From assembly GCA_950097015.1 (NCBI GenBank), contig CATNEN010000039.1, forward strand, positions 18,600,001-18,664,000: 64,000 nt of DNA, in the 5' to 3' direction. The notes under the pieces are model-generated. The model did not search any database, had not been told where the DNA came from, and worked only from the letters and a program-made list of their open reading frames with translations. The position numbers and the translations under genes are program-made. Origin of the DNA: Macrostomum hystrix. Taxonomy: Eukaryota; Animalia; Platyhelminthes. Below, piece after piece: positions 35,946 to 49,600 of the stretch (within the stretch, counting starts at the first letter, position 1; every line of letters starts with the position of its first letter).

Positions 35946-38774
35946 TGGCACGGCTAGCTTGGATCTTGTTAGAGTGTCCAAAAATGGAGCGAAGCTATAC
36001 AATGCGATGCTACAGCAGTTTTGCAAGTCGGAAAACCGGCTGTGGCGGGCAGGAGTCTGTACCGCCGAGGTGGGAAGCAAAGGCTTCGAGCGCCGCTGGG
36101 GGGACAGCTTTTTAATCCTGCAGCGCGGTGGCGCCCGATAGGCCGGGCGTGGCTTGGGGTTGGCGCTGACTCCAGCCGCGTTTCATTCTTTGTAATGGAG
36201 TGAACTGAGAGAAGCTGAGTTGCCTGCATGCTAGCTGCTTTTGCAACGGGATTGTTTATTCTGACTCTAGGCAGCCCCCAAACGTTACGGAGGGCGTGAG
36301 GAGAGAGGCAGAGAGGCAAAAAAGAGAGACATCAGTCGCCGGGTGTGAGCAGAACTGTTGCTAGGGCGAAAAGGTATTATACTATCTAAAAATCCACTCG
36401 GAGAATGGCCAATGGAAATGGGTTGCTTAGAGTTGACCTGCCCCCGCATCGTTTGCAAATGCTTCCTCCGCATATTCCATGGCGATGTGACAACTGTCCG
36501 TTGCAGCGCTGAGTCCAGACTTTTACTGTCAGTGCTTGTTGCCTATTTCCATTCCTTCATCTCTATCGCTGCATAGGCAGTTCAGTTCCGCTGCAGTTCC
36601 GCTGCAGCTCTGGCCAAACTCAAATAGATCGCCCTGAGGAAAACAGTGTTATCTCTCGGTAGGATATTTCTGATAGCTTCTGCATTTATCCGTGTTGACT
36701 TACGCAGCATGCAATTTGTCCCATTGCTTATTAACATCCCTCTTAGTGCTAACATCCCCCAAAAAACCCAGTATACAGGACAGGATTTAGCCATCCATTA
36801 ACCTAAAGCCATAAAGAAGCGACAAGAAATGATATGAAGAAATAGTGCAGCTTAAAACTGTCTTCAAAAGTGGATGGAATTTCGAATAATCAAAATATTC
36901 TACAATAGTACTCCAAGTGGATTTGCATTCAAGTGGAGACGCTCTTGAAGATCTGGGGTCCTAGGACAGAATCCTTGCCTAGCTTGTTGGGACAGAAGCA
37001 CTTGAAAGCTAAAAATCATCTGCTTTCTATAGTTAAGTCGTCTGAATTCTTCTCAATCCAATTATCACGTAGCTGCACCGTCGATTGGTTGTCATGGCCA
37101 CATCTGAAAACAGAAGGATAAGGTATGTTTTGTTTTAACCTATTGCAAACAAAGCACCATTGTCTTTCTAGACTGTCAGTATATTTTCAGAACTATTCAA
37201 ACGAATTCTCGCTGCTGCTGATACGAATTTTCCACCACTTTCAGATCCGATGTAGACAGCGCCATTGTTAGCTCACGTTTAGTTTTCCGTTAAAAAAAAT
37301 AATAGATCTGATTGTCTCGATTTAAAAATGATTAAGCTCAATCTAGCGAGCTAAACTGGGGGTAGGAGGCGGAGTATCAGAGCATCACAGCGACAAACCA
37401 TAGCCTGATGCAGGTCTCCCCATGGCAGGTGAGTACAGATGAAGCTTGAGAACAAATTAATGTGCCAGGTGGCTGGCTCGCATAATTACGACTACCTGCA
37501 TCAATAAAAACGATTGGCAAAAAGCATTGCAGTTTTAGATATTTGCAAATGGCTAAATACATGAAGATTTGTCTCATTTTCGAAGTTCATTTTGGATCTT
37601 AAAGGAAGCCGATTGTTGCAGGCCTTGAATGTCTATGGCCACAACTTCCTATATCTGACTTGATAAACCTTTCATAAGTTTGGACCATAGACAGTTGAAG
37701 CGTATACCAAACATGGACTGACGATTTCGCTGTATAATAATGCTTGTTTTTACCCTAGAAGAGTGCGGCAACGCCTCAATGATGTGTATTCGATATCCCT
37801 ACAGGTGATCCATGACTATGCGTTGTCTCACGATAATAACAGCAAAATAATTAGTCTTAACTAGTCAAACAGATGTAGTCAATGATGTCGACGCACGCCT
37901 TTATCGTGCACTTAAAAGCCGTGCGTCATCTCTCCATTGGTTCACATATGGCCATTCCCCCTGAAAATATAGTCTGTATAGACAACACTCAACGAAACGC
38001 ACATTTGAAGAAAAAATTATCAATTACTTCCACTTCCTTTTAGACTATTTTCAAAGTTTTGTTTTCTCTTGAAAGCTGATAAGAGTGCTCAAGTGCTCAA
38101 AAAAAAATTATCGAAAAAGAACAGAAAGAGCGCGGACGAACAGACGAATCTTGTTTGCTTCTTGCAGCAGTTGCATGGCAACTAAAGTTGACGAATACTA
38201 GGACTTGAACAAACGTGCCTACTTGCAGTAGTAGAGTTGCATTGTGCCATGTACCAACTTAGGCAGGTAAAACTGCTTAGTAACGACGCAACGAACGATA
38301 ACGGGCGATGAAAGATCCATGCCGTGACAAATCATTAGCAAGTCGCTTTATGGAAGTGAAAAGCTGAAAACGTGATAATTACCTCTCTGATATTCTATAA
38401 AATTCTAGCTCATTAAAAGCTTTGCTTTGAACTGATTCCACTTCGAACTAAAATTCAACTCGTGCACTAATCAAAAGAACGGATTGAGGTCTAAGCCGTC
38501 TGGGCTTTTTTCTGGATTTCATTCTTGTTCCGTCTTCCCAAAGACTGTCTGGGGCAAGTGTCCCAATTTTCCGAACCTACCAGTCTAACTATGAGTACTA
38601 TAACTTGAGTTCATTGATGCACTGCTCCGCAATAAAAATCCATAATAAGTTAAAGCTGATTCGGTTGCGATCAAAAGCGGAAACTGTTTTTACGACATTT
38701 AACGCACAATATACTAAATGTACTTTGAATAATTTCTAAGATAAAACTAGATTAAACAGAACTAAGTAATCAGT

Positions 38775-38970
38775 AATCGTGTCCAGCGGTTCAGTTCGGA
38801 GTTACAACAATCTCAACCCAAGGGAACCAAGGTCACTGAGCATGAAAATTAATTAATTTTTCACATCGCTTCAGTTCAGCCAGCTGTAAAATGGACAAAA
38901 GCCCTTAGCTGGGGTAGAAACTTGGGTAGTTGTGGCTGCCTTGCCCCAGTCCATGGACCGGGTACAAATT
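38775..38970 (+). mobile_element. SINE-like family 2 (CORE-like domain), degenerate copy
   Basis: CTTCAGTTCAGCCAGCTGTAAAATGG..CCCAGTCCATGGAC is shared with the minus-strand copy at 43990-44170. Confidence 0.45.
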
Positions 38971-39429
38971 ATTGAAATTTTCCAGAGCTGTACACCAGAA
39001 TAGAATTACTCGTTCATTAAATTTAGTCTTCGCAGTGCGAGATCGTCTTTACGGCTCGGGTTCGTGAGGGGAGCAGGATAGCAGAATTAATAAATAGCGG
39101 AGGGAGGGAGAGGGAGGAGCGAAACTCACCAGCCAATCCGCGTGCATGGCGGGGTAGGCCTGACTGGCAAAACAAAAGGCTGGGTAGAACTGGAGGGGGC
39201 GACGCTGAGCAGAGCTGATTGGATCATAAAAAGGGGGAGTGGGGCAGAGCCACACAGGAATGCAAGAAACGCGAGGAGGGCAGAAGGGCCAGCCAATCCG
39301 CACAGGGCCAGGGGCACAAACAAAAGTGTGAGGGCAGTTCCGAACTGGCTCGGCTGACCAGGCAGAGGGATGTCAAGTATAGACACGGGCACTATGCAGT
39401 ACATAAAAATCAATTAAACTAACAACCTT

Positions 39430-39560
39430 TATCATATTTTTTGCAGGAGGGCTGTGGGCACTGTCACACCGTTTTGTGACAGCAGACCCGCAGCCATGGA
39501 GAGGCAATTCTGCATGTACGACTAACTCCTGAGCACACAGATACTGTACGCAGGCACTCA
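39430..39560 (-). mobile_element. SINE family 1, 5'-truncated 3' fragment
   Basis: Reverse complement matches the SINE-1 3' part (GCCTGCGTACAGTATCTGTGTGCTCAGGAG..GAATTGCCTC..GGCTGCGGGTC..CAGCCCTCCTGCA). Confidence 0.75.
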
Positions 39561-40655
39561 ATTACGCACCGTCGTGGAAGCGAAAAAATTTGGATGATTC
39601 TGTAAGCCGCCGAAAACGAGATTGTATAGCGTTGACCAAATTCTCGCCACTTAAGGCGTCAACTCACTTGCTTCTATTTTAACGATTAATGCACATCATT
39701 GTACAACATCATGCAAACGTACATAGCGCGTGCAAACATGCTGCCAACAATCTTACGATTCTATTGAAACATTTTTTTGTTATCATCAGCCAAATTTGGT
39801 ACCATGCTAGCAAATCATGACGCTGGAATATTTTGTCTCTTACAAAACTCAAGATCATGAGCGTCCTAAGGATGACGATGTTGTATTCGATGTCTAACGC
39901 ATCGATTGACTATTACATTGGGCAGTGAGTATCCATTTCACATCTCTGAAGCATAGCGCTATCACAATACCAGTTTGTTACACAGATTTTTATGACTTGA
40001 GTCGTGTCACAATCATTTAATAATGTCTCTGACATAAGAAACGTGGTTTTACGTCACGGGAAGTCGATTGAGGAGTCTGCAATTTGTAGCTGCGTTCTTT
40101 GAAATAATTATGGCGATATTTTCTGAAAAGATTCGCAAGGACTTGAGGACACTGAAGAAATTGACGAAAGCCCAGAGCGCTCTTGATGATTCTCGCTGTG
40201 ACAGACGGACGACTCCCCAAAAATTTATCATCCATACGAGCGTAGAATATCTAATTTCGTCCCTCTCTCTCCCTAGGATTTGTATGGGGATCTCCTTCGG
40301 GGGAGGCTAGTGCGACCTAGAGTTTTCTGCATCGATTGAGCAGAAATCCACGCGAGGAGGAGGAGGAGGCGCTTCGGCAGCGAATCCCACAGTTTTGAGA
40401 CGCCAACCCTACGGACCCTGCGACCCCAGGCTGCCAGTGAGACTGCGGTCCAATGATTTTCTTTCCCTCCCTGGCTCTTACGCCGGACTTATACAGCTTT
40501 CCTGACTTTAAATATATCGCCGCCAGCTAGCACCAGTCCACTTCTAATGCTTAACTAGAGCCATTGAAAAGCAGCTTTGATTCAAGACAGAGTTCCTTCA
40601 ATCAGCATTGGCTCACTACAAGCAACAGCCACCCCCGCCGTCGCTGCCACCTCCG

Positions 40656-43600
40656 ATGGGCGTTCCGGGCACTCCAGTATCTGGCGCGTCGTCGGCAGCG
40701 GCTCGACTACTTCGCCTAGACGTTGCGTTGGACAATCCCATCGGGGTGTTCGCGCCTGGTGACGCTGTGGCTGGACACGTGTGCTGCGACTTCGGCGAAG
40801 ATGCCAGAGTCCATGGTGAGCGGTTGAATTTAATTGTCCAGTTCCAACGGCGGATCTTTTAATATTCTAGAGTATAAGTATGGTTCCTTTGTTGAGGGGT
40901 CAGTGGCAGAGCGGTTTAACGCGTTTGCCTCTCGCACCGAGGTCCCTGAGCTCGATTCCGCGGCGAGGCCAGGTTCATTTGGGGCGCAGCTGTGCCGTTC
41001 ACGCCATCCAAGGTACAGTGAAAGTGTACACTGCCTGACGATGAAAAAGTCAGGGCAGATGTACACACCTGTATGAGTGTGTGCCTGCGTACAGTTTCTA
41101 TGTGCGTGTGCTCAGGAGTCAGCGACATCGGCAGAATAGCCTCCTCGCCCACGCTGGCTGCGGGTCTAGTGTCACCAAATGATGTGCCAAATGACGCAGC
41201 CCTCCTGAAATTATTATTTTTTATCGTTCATAACTACCTGTATACAGGTATGTACTTGACTTCGTCGATTTAATTGATTTTGCTTCTGTCCAACATCTTT
41301 AAATTCGATGTACATCTAGAAATTAATCTTTCTCAGCTTAATTGTATTGTTTTATTTAATACATAATCGCATTGTTTAAAGAAAATTTCAGGCACACTCC
41401 AACTAGTAGCAACATACATTTTCTCAGTTTTCAAACTGGATTACTCCAAAAAAGTACAAATAAAAGTACTTGCTTTTTTAATAAGTCACTCAAAAACAGG
41501 AAAAGTTGAGGTCAAATATTCTGATTTATTGCGAGGAACTGAAGTACAGAAAGGAAAAAATGAAATTACTATTTTTCCTATTCAGATCGACACTACAGAG
41601 CTTCATTCTAAGCTGCTCTTGGGAATTCCTGCATTCTCTTTTCCTCATAGCTCCAAAGCAATGTCCATCTCTAGCTGATTGGAATCTAGATCATGACCCA
41701 TCCCTATATCCTGCCTCCAGTTGAACTCAACTCAAAATACTTAAATTCACTTCCTATAGAGCTTTCGAAGAGGTTGAGTGGCATTTTTCGCAAACTTATT
41801 CACGAATGCGAAAAACCTGCCGATTTGTCTTCATCATCGAATAACTCTAACGCGGATTAAGTCGGATTTTTTTAAGTCAAGACTTGACGAAAACCAGCGA
41901 ATTTTCAGCTCAGATGAGTAGGGCCGGGATATTGGCCTGAGGATTATATCAGTAGAACGGCCCAGTTGTTTTTCTTCTAATGTGTTAGCAACTTCTCAAG
42001 TACTAATTAATGTTACCAAGCGATTTGCAAAGCGATTTTCTGCAGTTTTCTGTCGTTGTGCTTTCCTCTCAAATCGGTCACAAGTCTCTAAAAAATCACC
42101 CGGCACTGAGCTGACTAGATAGATTGTGCAGATAAAATTGGATTGCTTGAAGACCAAGATCATACTGCATGTTGTCGGTTACAAATAGTGAAAACTTCTT
42201 TTAACTGGACATTCTACTGGGCGACACAAACTTGTCTGCTTCAGGTCTATCGGTCGTTTTTTTATAATTTTCCATACTAATTTCCATACTAAAACTCCTC
42301 GCGTCATTGTGGACAGCTGTACATAAAAAACCGATTTAATTTTCAGCTTGTTTTCCTTAATAAAAGTTCTTTCCTGTCCGATAGATCCGAACATGCACGC
42401 ACATAGATGGGATTTGTAGCGTTGGTAATCAATAGAAATAAGGAGAAGAGACGTTCAGGACGCCGTCATTAAGGCCAGCTTGAATAGGTAATGAGGGTAA
42501 GGAGAAAGAGGAAGAGAGGAAAGCAGTAAAACACGTGGCGAGGTGGCTTGCTTGTGGCCAATTTTTTTCACCAATGCACCCCTTAATGGCTTTTTTGAAG
42601 TGAAGTAAAGAGCAGAGAGGGTGGAAGCAGCTTGTGCGAGGCAGCAGGTGCGGTCGGGAAAAAAGTTGGTTGAAAGCATATTTTTATCCGCATGTAGCAT
42701 GCATGCAGGATTCCAGATAAAGTGAAAGTTTAATGCGTTGTAGGTTGCAGATGCACCTGTTACTTTTGCAGCAGCAGCAGCAGCAGCGACAGCAGTTATA
42801 CTCACGAATTAACATCTTGTTCGGCACACGAGAAAACTGGATCTATTCTCTTAAAGTCAGCTTTAATTGACGCTTTGAAATAATATGATTTCCGAACCTA
42901 CGCTCGTGAATGATGCAAATCAGCTTTTGCCCTAGTATATACCGTACTAATATAGTATTGAATTTCAACACAAGTGTTTGTATGTCCATTTCGGAGTTTA
43001 ACAAAATAACCCTAAAGATGGCATTCAGACTGGAAGCAAGACCTAATTCTCTTTTCTCCTACCAATTGTGAACAATGAAACTTCCCTGAATGGAACATTT
43101 TGACCGCTTGATGATTTCGGGGATTCAGCTAGCTTGTAATGTACTTTAATCATGCGGCATTAGTCAACATATAGGGCCCTCATCAATAGGAATTAATTTC
43201 TGGCTTCATTTAAGCTTGTCTAGCTATTGTGCTGAAAACATTTTTTTATGAACGCTGACGGGGGATGCTTTTTGCTGAAAAATTTGCGTCGCTTGAATGC
43301 GCCCGATAATTGAAGAACGGAGCAGCGTGCTCAGAGAGAATTGAGCAAGCACAAAATGACAATCGGAACTGTATTTAATGAAGAATTTGTGTACAACAAA
43401 ATAGGTCCTCATAAATGCGCGACAATTCTTACCTGATTTTGCATTTGGTCAAACAACGCAGTAACGCACCATTCACCCAACAACCCCACGTTTACCAAAC
43501 CGCAGGATGTCGCATTGTATTCACAGGACAGGCCGAGGTCTCATGGATTGAGGTTGGCCGCGAGGATGCCTGCCCGGAGACGGTGGTAGGACGCCAGACA

Positions 43601-46600
43601 TTGTTCCAATGCTGCAGCCAGATGTTTGGCAAAAGTGAGCCATTCTCATATGGGAATCGGGATATATATTTTTGATGAAAGAAACTTATTGGCCCTCTAT
43701 GATACTGCATTGGCACTAGATATTATCACAGAGAGAACTCACATTGGAATACTGAAACGGAGAAACAAATGAAGCAGAAATTGTGCATTCAAGCGAGAAG
43801 CAGTCGATGATAAGCAGTAGCGTTTTATTTCCTGACTGACCTTGCAGCAATATTAAGCAATGTTTCTTAACTTTAGCTAGCAACTGAGGGTCCCGCATCG
43901 ATTTGGTCACGATGTAAGAGCTACCTTATTGGCAGCACAGGGGCTGTCAAAATAGTATTAAATTTTAATAACCGGTTGCACATACTCAAACCATGGCTTC
44001 ACAGTCCATGGACTGGGTAGGACGCCACACCCTTCCTCAATTACCCATTTAAGAGCTGGGTGAACTGAAACAATTCAGAGTTGATGGTTCTGATTAACAA
44101 CTTGAAGCTCTTGTGCCAGCTAAACCGAGAATCGAACCATTGATCTTCGATTCATGAGCCCTTCGATCTACCAGAATTTTGGAAACTATAAAAAAGTGAC
44201 GATTAAGTATTCTGCAGTACAGAACAAAACTGACTTAAGTACATTGTGTGAAAATTAAGTATTTGGGATCGATTCAGAAAGCAGCAGAGCTACCAGGTAC
44301 ACGTAGAATCTTTCTACTCGGGAAATTTAGTTGAAGAATGAGGCATCAAAGTCCAATTCACATTTGTACTTGACTGCATTAAAAGCTTACAATCAGCATT
44401 CCTAGCTGCCTAAATGTGTGAGCAAACACAGGTGATTTTTTATGAACTGAAACACAGTAAGTGATGCAGTGAGTGAGTTTGATAAAGCAGAAAGAGAAAA
44501 AACTCACTTTGTCAGGTGTTTAAGCACCCACATTATTTGTCAAGGTACTTCTGAACCTTAAATACGTAGAATCTAATTGGAGCGGTTGAAGGCTCGTTCA
44601 CATTGCCATTAAAACGAGGTCAAAACCACGATTGTGCTTTATTTTTTTAGTTTTCATGGTATACAAGCGTACAATGAAAACTATTTGATGTACGTTTGTG
44701 TGATTTGATGTACGTTTGTGTGATTTGATGTACGTTTGTGTGATTTGATGTACGTTTGTGTGATTTGATGTACGTTTGTGTGATTTGATGTACGTTTGTG
44801 TGATTTTATGTACGTTTGTGTGATTTGATGCACGTTTGTGTGATTTGATGTACGTTTGTGTGATTTGATGTACGTTTGTGTGATTTGATGTACGTTTGTG
44901 TGATTTGATGCACGTTTGTGTGATTTGATGTACGTTTGTGTGATTTGATGTACGTTTGTGTGATTTGATGTACGTTTGTGTGATTTGATGTACGGTTGTG
45001 AGATTTGATGTACGTTTGTGTGATTTGATGTACGTTTGTGTGATTTGATGTACGTTTGTGTGATTTGATGTACGTTTGTGATTTGATGTACGTTTGTGTG
45101 ATTTGATGTACGGTTGTGTGATTTGATGTACGTTTGTGTGATTTGATGTACGTTTGTGTGATTTGATGTACGTTTGTTTGATTTGATGTACGTTTGTGAT
45201 TTGATGTACGTTTGTGTGATTTGATGTACGTTTGTGTGATTTGATGTACGGTTGTGTGATTTGATGTACGTTTGTGTGATTTGATGTACGTTTTTGTGAT
45301 TTGATGTACGTTTGTGTGATTTGATGTACGTTTGTGTGATTTGATGTACGTTTGTGTGATTTGATGTACGTTTGTGTGATTTGATGTACGTTTGTGTGAT
45401 TTGATGCACGTTTGTGTGATTTGATGTACGTTTGTGTGATTTGATGTACGTTTGTGTGATTTGATGTACGGTTGTGAGATTTGATGTACGTTTGTGTGAT
45501 TTGATGTACGTTTGTGATTTGATGTACGTTTGTGTGATTTGATGTACGGTTGTGTGATTTGATGTACGTTTGTGATTTGATGTACGTTTGTGTGATTTGA
45601 TGTACGTTTGTTTGATTTGATGTACGTTTGTGATTTGATGTACGTTTGTGTGATTTGATGTACGTTTGTGTGATTTGATGTACGGTTGTGTGATTTGATG
45701 TACGTTTGTGTGATTTGATGTACGTTTGTGTGATTTGATGTACGTTTGTGTGATTTGATGTACGTTTGTGTGATTTGATGTACGTTTGTGTGATTTGATG
45801 TACGTTTGTGTGATTTGATGTACGTTTGTGTGATTTGATGCACGTTTGTGTGATTTGATGTACGGTTGTGTGATTTGATGTACGTTTGTGTGATTTGATG
45901 TACGGTTGTGAGATTTGATGTACGTTTGTGTGATTTGATGTACGTTTGTGTGATTTGATGTACGTTTGTGATTTGATGTACGTTTGTGTGATTTGATGTA
46001 CGGTTGTGTGATTTGATGTACGTTTGTGTGATTTGATGTACGGTTGTGTGATTTGATGTACGTTTGTGATTTGATGTACGTTTGTGTGATTTGATGTACG
46101 GTTGTGTGATTTGATGTACGGTTGTGTGATTTGATGTACGTTTGTGTGATTTGATGTACGTTTGTGTGATTTGATGTACGGTTGTGTGATTTGATGTACG
46201 TTTGTGTGATTTGATGTACGGTTGTGTGATTTGATGTACGTTTGTGATTTGATGTACGTTTGTGTGATTTGATGTACGTTTGTGTGATTTGATGTACGTT
46301 TGTGTGATTTGATGTACGTTTGTGTGATTTGATGTACGGTTGTGTGATTTGATGTACGTTTGTGATTTGATGTACGTTTGTGTGATTTGATGTACGTTTG
46401 TGTGATTTGATGTACGTTTGTGATTTGATGTACGTTTGTGTGATTTGATGTACGTTTGTGTGATTTGATGTACGTTTGTGATTTGATGTACGTTTGTGTG
46501 ATTTGATGTACGGTTGTGTGATTTGATGTACGTTTGTGTGATTTGATGTACGTTTGTGTGATTTGATGTACGGTTGTGTGATTTGATGTACGTTTGTGTG

Positions 46601-49600
46601 ATTTGATGTACGTTTGTGTGATTTGATGTACGTTTGTGTGATTTGATGTACGTTTGTGATTTGATGTACGTTTGTGTGATTTGATGTACGTTTGTGTGAT
46701 TTGATGTACGTTTGTGATTTGATGTACGTTTGTGTGATTTGATGTACGTTTGTGATTTGATGTACGTTTGTGTGATTTGATGTACGTTTGTGATTTGATG
46801 TACGTTTGTGTGATTTGATGTACGTTTGTGTGATTTGATGTACGTTTGTGATTTGATGTACGGTTGTGTGATTTGATGTACGGTTGTGTGATTTGATGTA
46901 CGTTTGTGTGATTTGATGCACGTTTTTGTGATTTGATGTACGTTTGTGTGATTTGATGTACGGTTGTGTGATTTGATGTACGGTTGTGTGATTTGATGTA
47001 CGTTTGTGTGATTTGATGTACGGTTGTGTGATTTGATGTACGTTTGTGTGATTTGATGTACGTTTGTGTGATTTGATGCACGTTTGTGTGATTTGATGTA
47101 CGTTTGTGATTTCATGTACGTTTGTGTGATTTGATGTACGGTTGTGTGATTTGATGTACGGTTGTGTGATTTGATGTACGTTTGTGTGATTTGATGTACG
47201 GTTGTGTGATTTGATGTACGTTTGTGTGATTTGATGTACGTTTGTGTGATTTGATGCACGTTTGTGTGATTTGATGTACGTTTGTGATTTGATGTACGTT
47301 TGTGTGATTTGATGTACGGTTGTGTGATTTGATGTACGTTTGTGTGATTTGATGCACGTTTGTGTGATTTGATGTACGTTTGTGTGATTTGATGTACGTT
47401 TGTGTGATTTGATGTACGTTTGTGTGATTTGATGTACGGTTGTGAGATTTGATGTACGGTTGTGTGATTTGATGTACGTTTGTGTGATTTGATGTACGGT
47501 TGTGTGATTTGATGTACGTTTGTGATTTGATGTACGTTTGTGTGATTTGATGTACGTTTGTGATTTGATGTACGTTTGTGTGATTTGATGTACGTTTGTG
47601 TGATTTGATGTACGTTTGTGATTTGATGTACGGTTGTGTGATTTGATGTACGGTTGTGTGATTTGATGTACGTTTGTGTGATTTGATGCACGTTTTTGTG
47701 ATTTGATGTACGTTTGTGTGATTTGATGTACGGTTGTGTGATTTGATGTACGGTTGTGTGATTTGATGTACGTTTGTGTGATTTGATGTACGGTTGTGTG
47801 ATTTGATGTACGTTTGTGTGATTTGATGTACGTTTGTGTGATTTGATGCACGTTTGTGTGATTTGATGTACGTTTGTGATTTCATGTACGTTTGTGTGAT
47901 TTGATGTACGTTTGTGTGATTTGATGTACGGTTGTGTGATTTGATGTACGTTTGTGTGATTTGATGTACGTTTGTGTGATTTGATGTACGTTTGTGTGAT
48001 TTGATGTACGGTTGTGTGATTTGATGTACGTTTGTGTGATTTGATGTACGGTTGTGTGATTTGATGTACGTTTGTGATTTGATGTACGTTTGTGTGATTT
48101 GATGTACGTTTGTGTGATTTGATGTACGTTTGTGTGATTTGATGTACGTTTGTGTGATTTGATGTACGTTTGTGTGATTTGATGTACGGTTGTGTGATTT
48201 GATGTACGTTTGTGTGATTTGATGTACGTTTGTGATTTGATGTACGTTTGTGTGATTTGATGTACGTTTGTGTGATTTGATGTACGGTTGTGTGATTTGA
48301 TGTACGGTTGTGTGATTTGATGTACGTTTGTGTGATTTGATGCACGTTTTTGTGATTTGATGTACGTTTGTGTGATTTGATGTACGGTTGTGTGATTTGA
48401 TGTACGGTTGTGTGATTTGATGTACGTTTGTGTGATTTGATGTACGGTTGTGTGATTTGATGTACGGTTGTGTGATTTGATGTACGTTTGTGTGATTTGA
48501 TGCACGTTTTTGTGATTTGATGTACGTTTGTGTGATTTGATGTACGGTTGTGTGATTTGATGTACGGTTGTGTGATTTGATGTACGTTTGTGTGATTTGA
48601 TGTACGGTTGTGTGATTTGATGTACGTTTTTGTGATTTGATGTACGTTTTTGTGATTTGATGTACGTTTGTGTGATTTTATGTACGCGTGTGTGATTTGA
48701 TGTACGATTGTGTGATTTGATGTACGGTTGTGTGATTTGATGTACGGTTGTGTGATTTGATGGCACTGTGAAAAGGCAGTCGATATGGTTGACTTTCATG
48801 AAAATCGGTCATTCGGTTTGACAGCTTTCATCTGGGGGCAGCCGCAGAGAGAAGGCTTGGGGACTTGTCGTGCGATAAGGGCCAACCACCATGGCACAGT
48901 GAGCGTGTACACTGCCTGACAATGAGAAAGTTAAGGCAGACGTACAAACCTGTGTAAATGTGTGCCAGCATACAATTCCGCGTGTCTATGTACTCTGCCT
49001 GCGGTTGCCTGACGTATTCCAGGCCCGGAGGAAAAAGCTTCACATCCGGGGCACCTGGTTCGAGCCGGATTTCATCAGTTTCGCTTCCATTTTCAACTCC
49101 CCGAACAGCTGCCGTCGTCGTTTGAGCATTTCTCTGACACGGGCCGAGTGAAGGCCAGAATTTCCTACTGCCTGCGCGTGGACCTCGAGAACGCCTGGCG
49201 CACGGCGAGCCACAGTCGAGAGCGGCATATTCTGGTGCTCAAAACGCACGATCTAAATCACTGCAAAGGTTTAACTGTGAGCTTTGCTAGCTTGTGTTGC
49301 CGAACATCTTTGAAACAGGGGACCGAAAACTGCTCGACAGATAGCGCCAGAAAATGTAAAGAACCCACCCTTATCCCTATACTATTCCTTTACAACCCTT
49401 ACCCTTACACTGTCTCATCTCTTCCGTCACATCTCTCTCCTGTCTCATCTCTCCCGTCTCATCTCTCAAAATGTCTCATCTCCCTAGTCGTTTCTCTCCT
49501 CAGTCTCAACTTTCCCCTGTTTAATTTTTAATGTGTGAATGTGAGCCAATGTTGCCTGTTGATCAGGATCTGTGTCTGGATTGCTTTCAAAATACTTGTA

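Noticed and set aside
39050-39360. Purine-rich segment with repeated AGCCAATCCG (CCAAT boxes) as the arrestin promoter
   Set aside because: 1.3 kb from the ATG, no TSS evidence, and could equally be a repeat fragment.
44598-48799. Long ORFs (HQITQTYIKSHKRTSN repeats)
   Set aside because: Translation of a 20-bp satellite in an intron.
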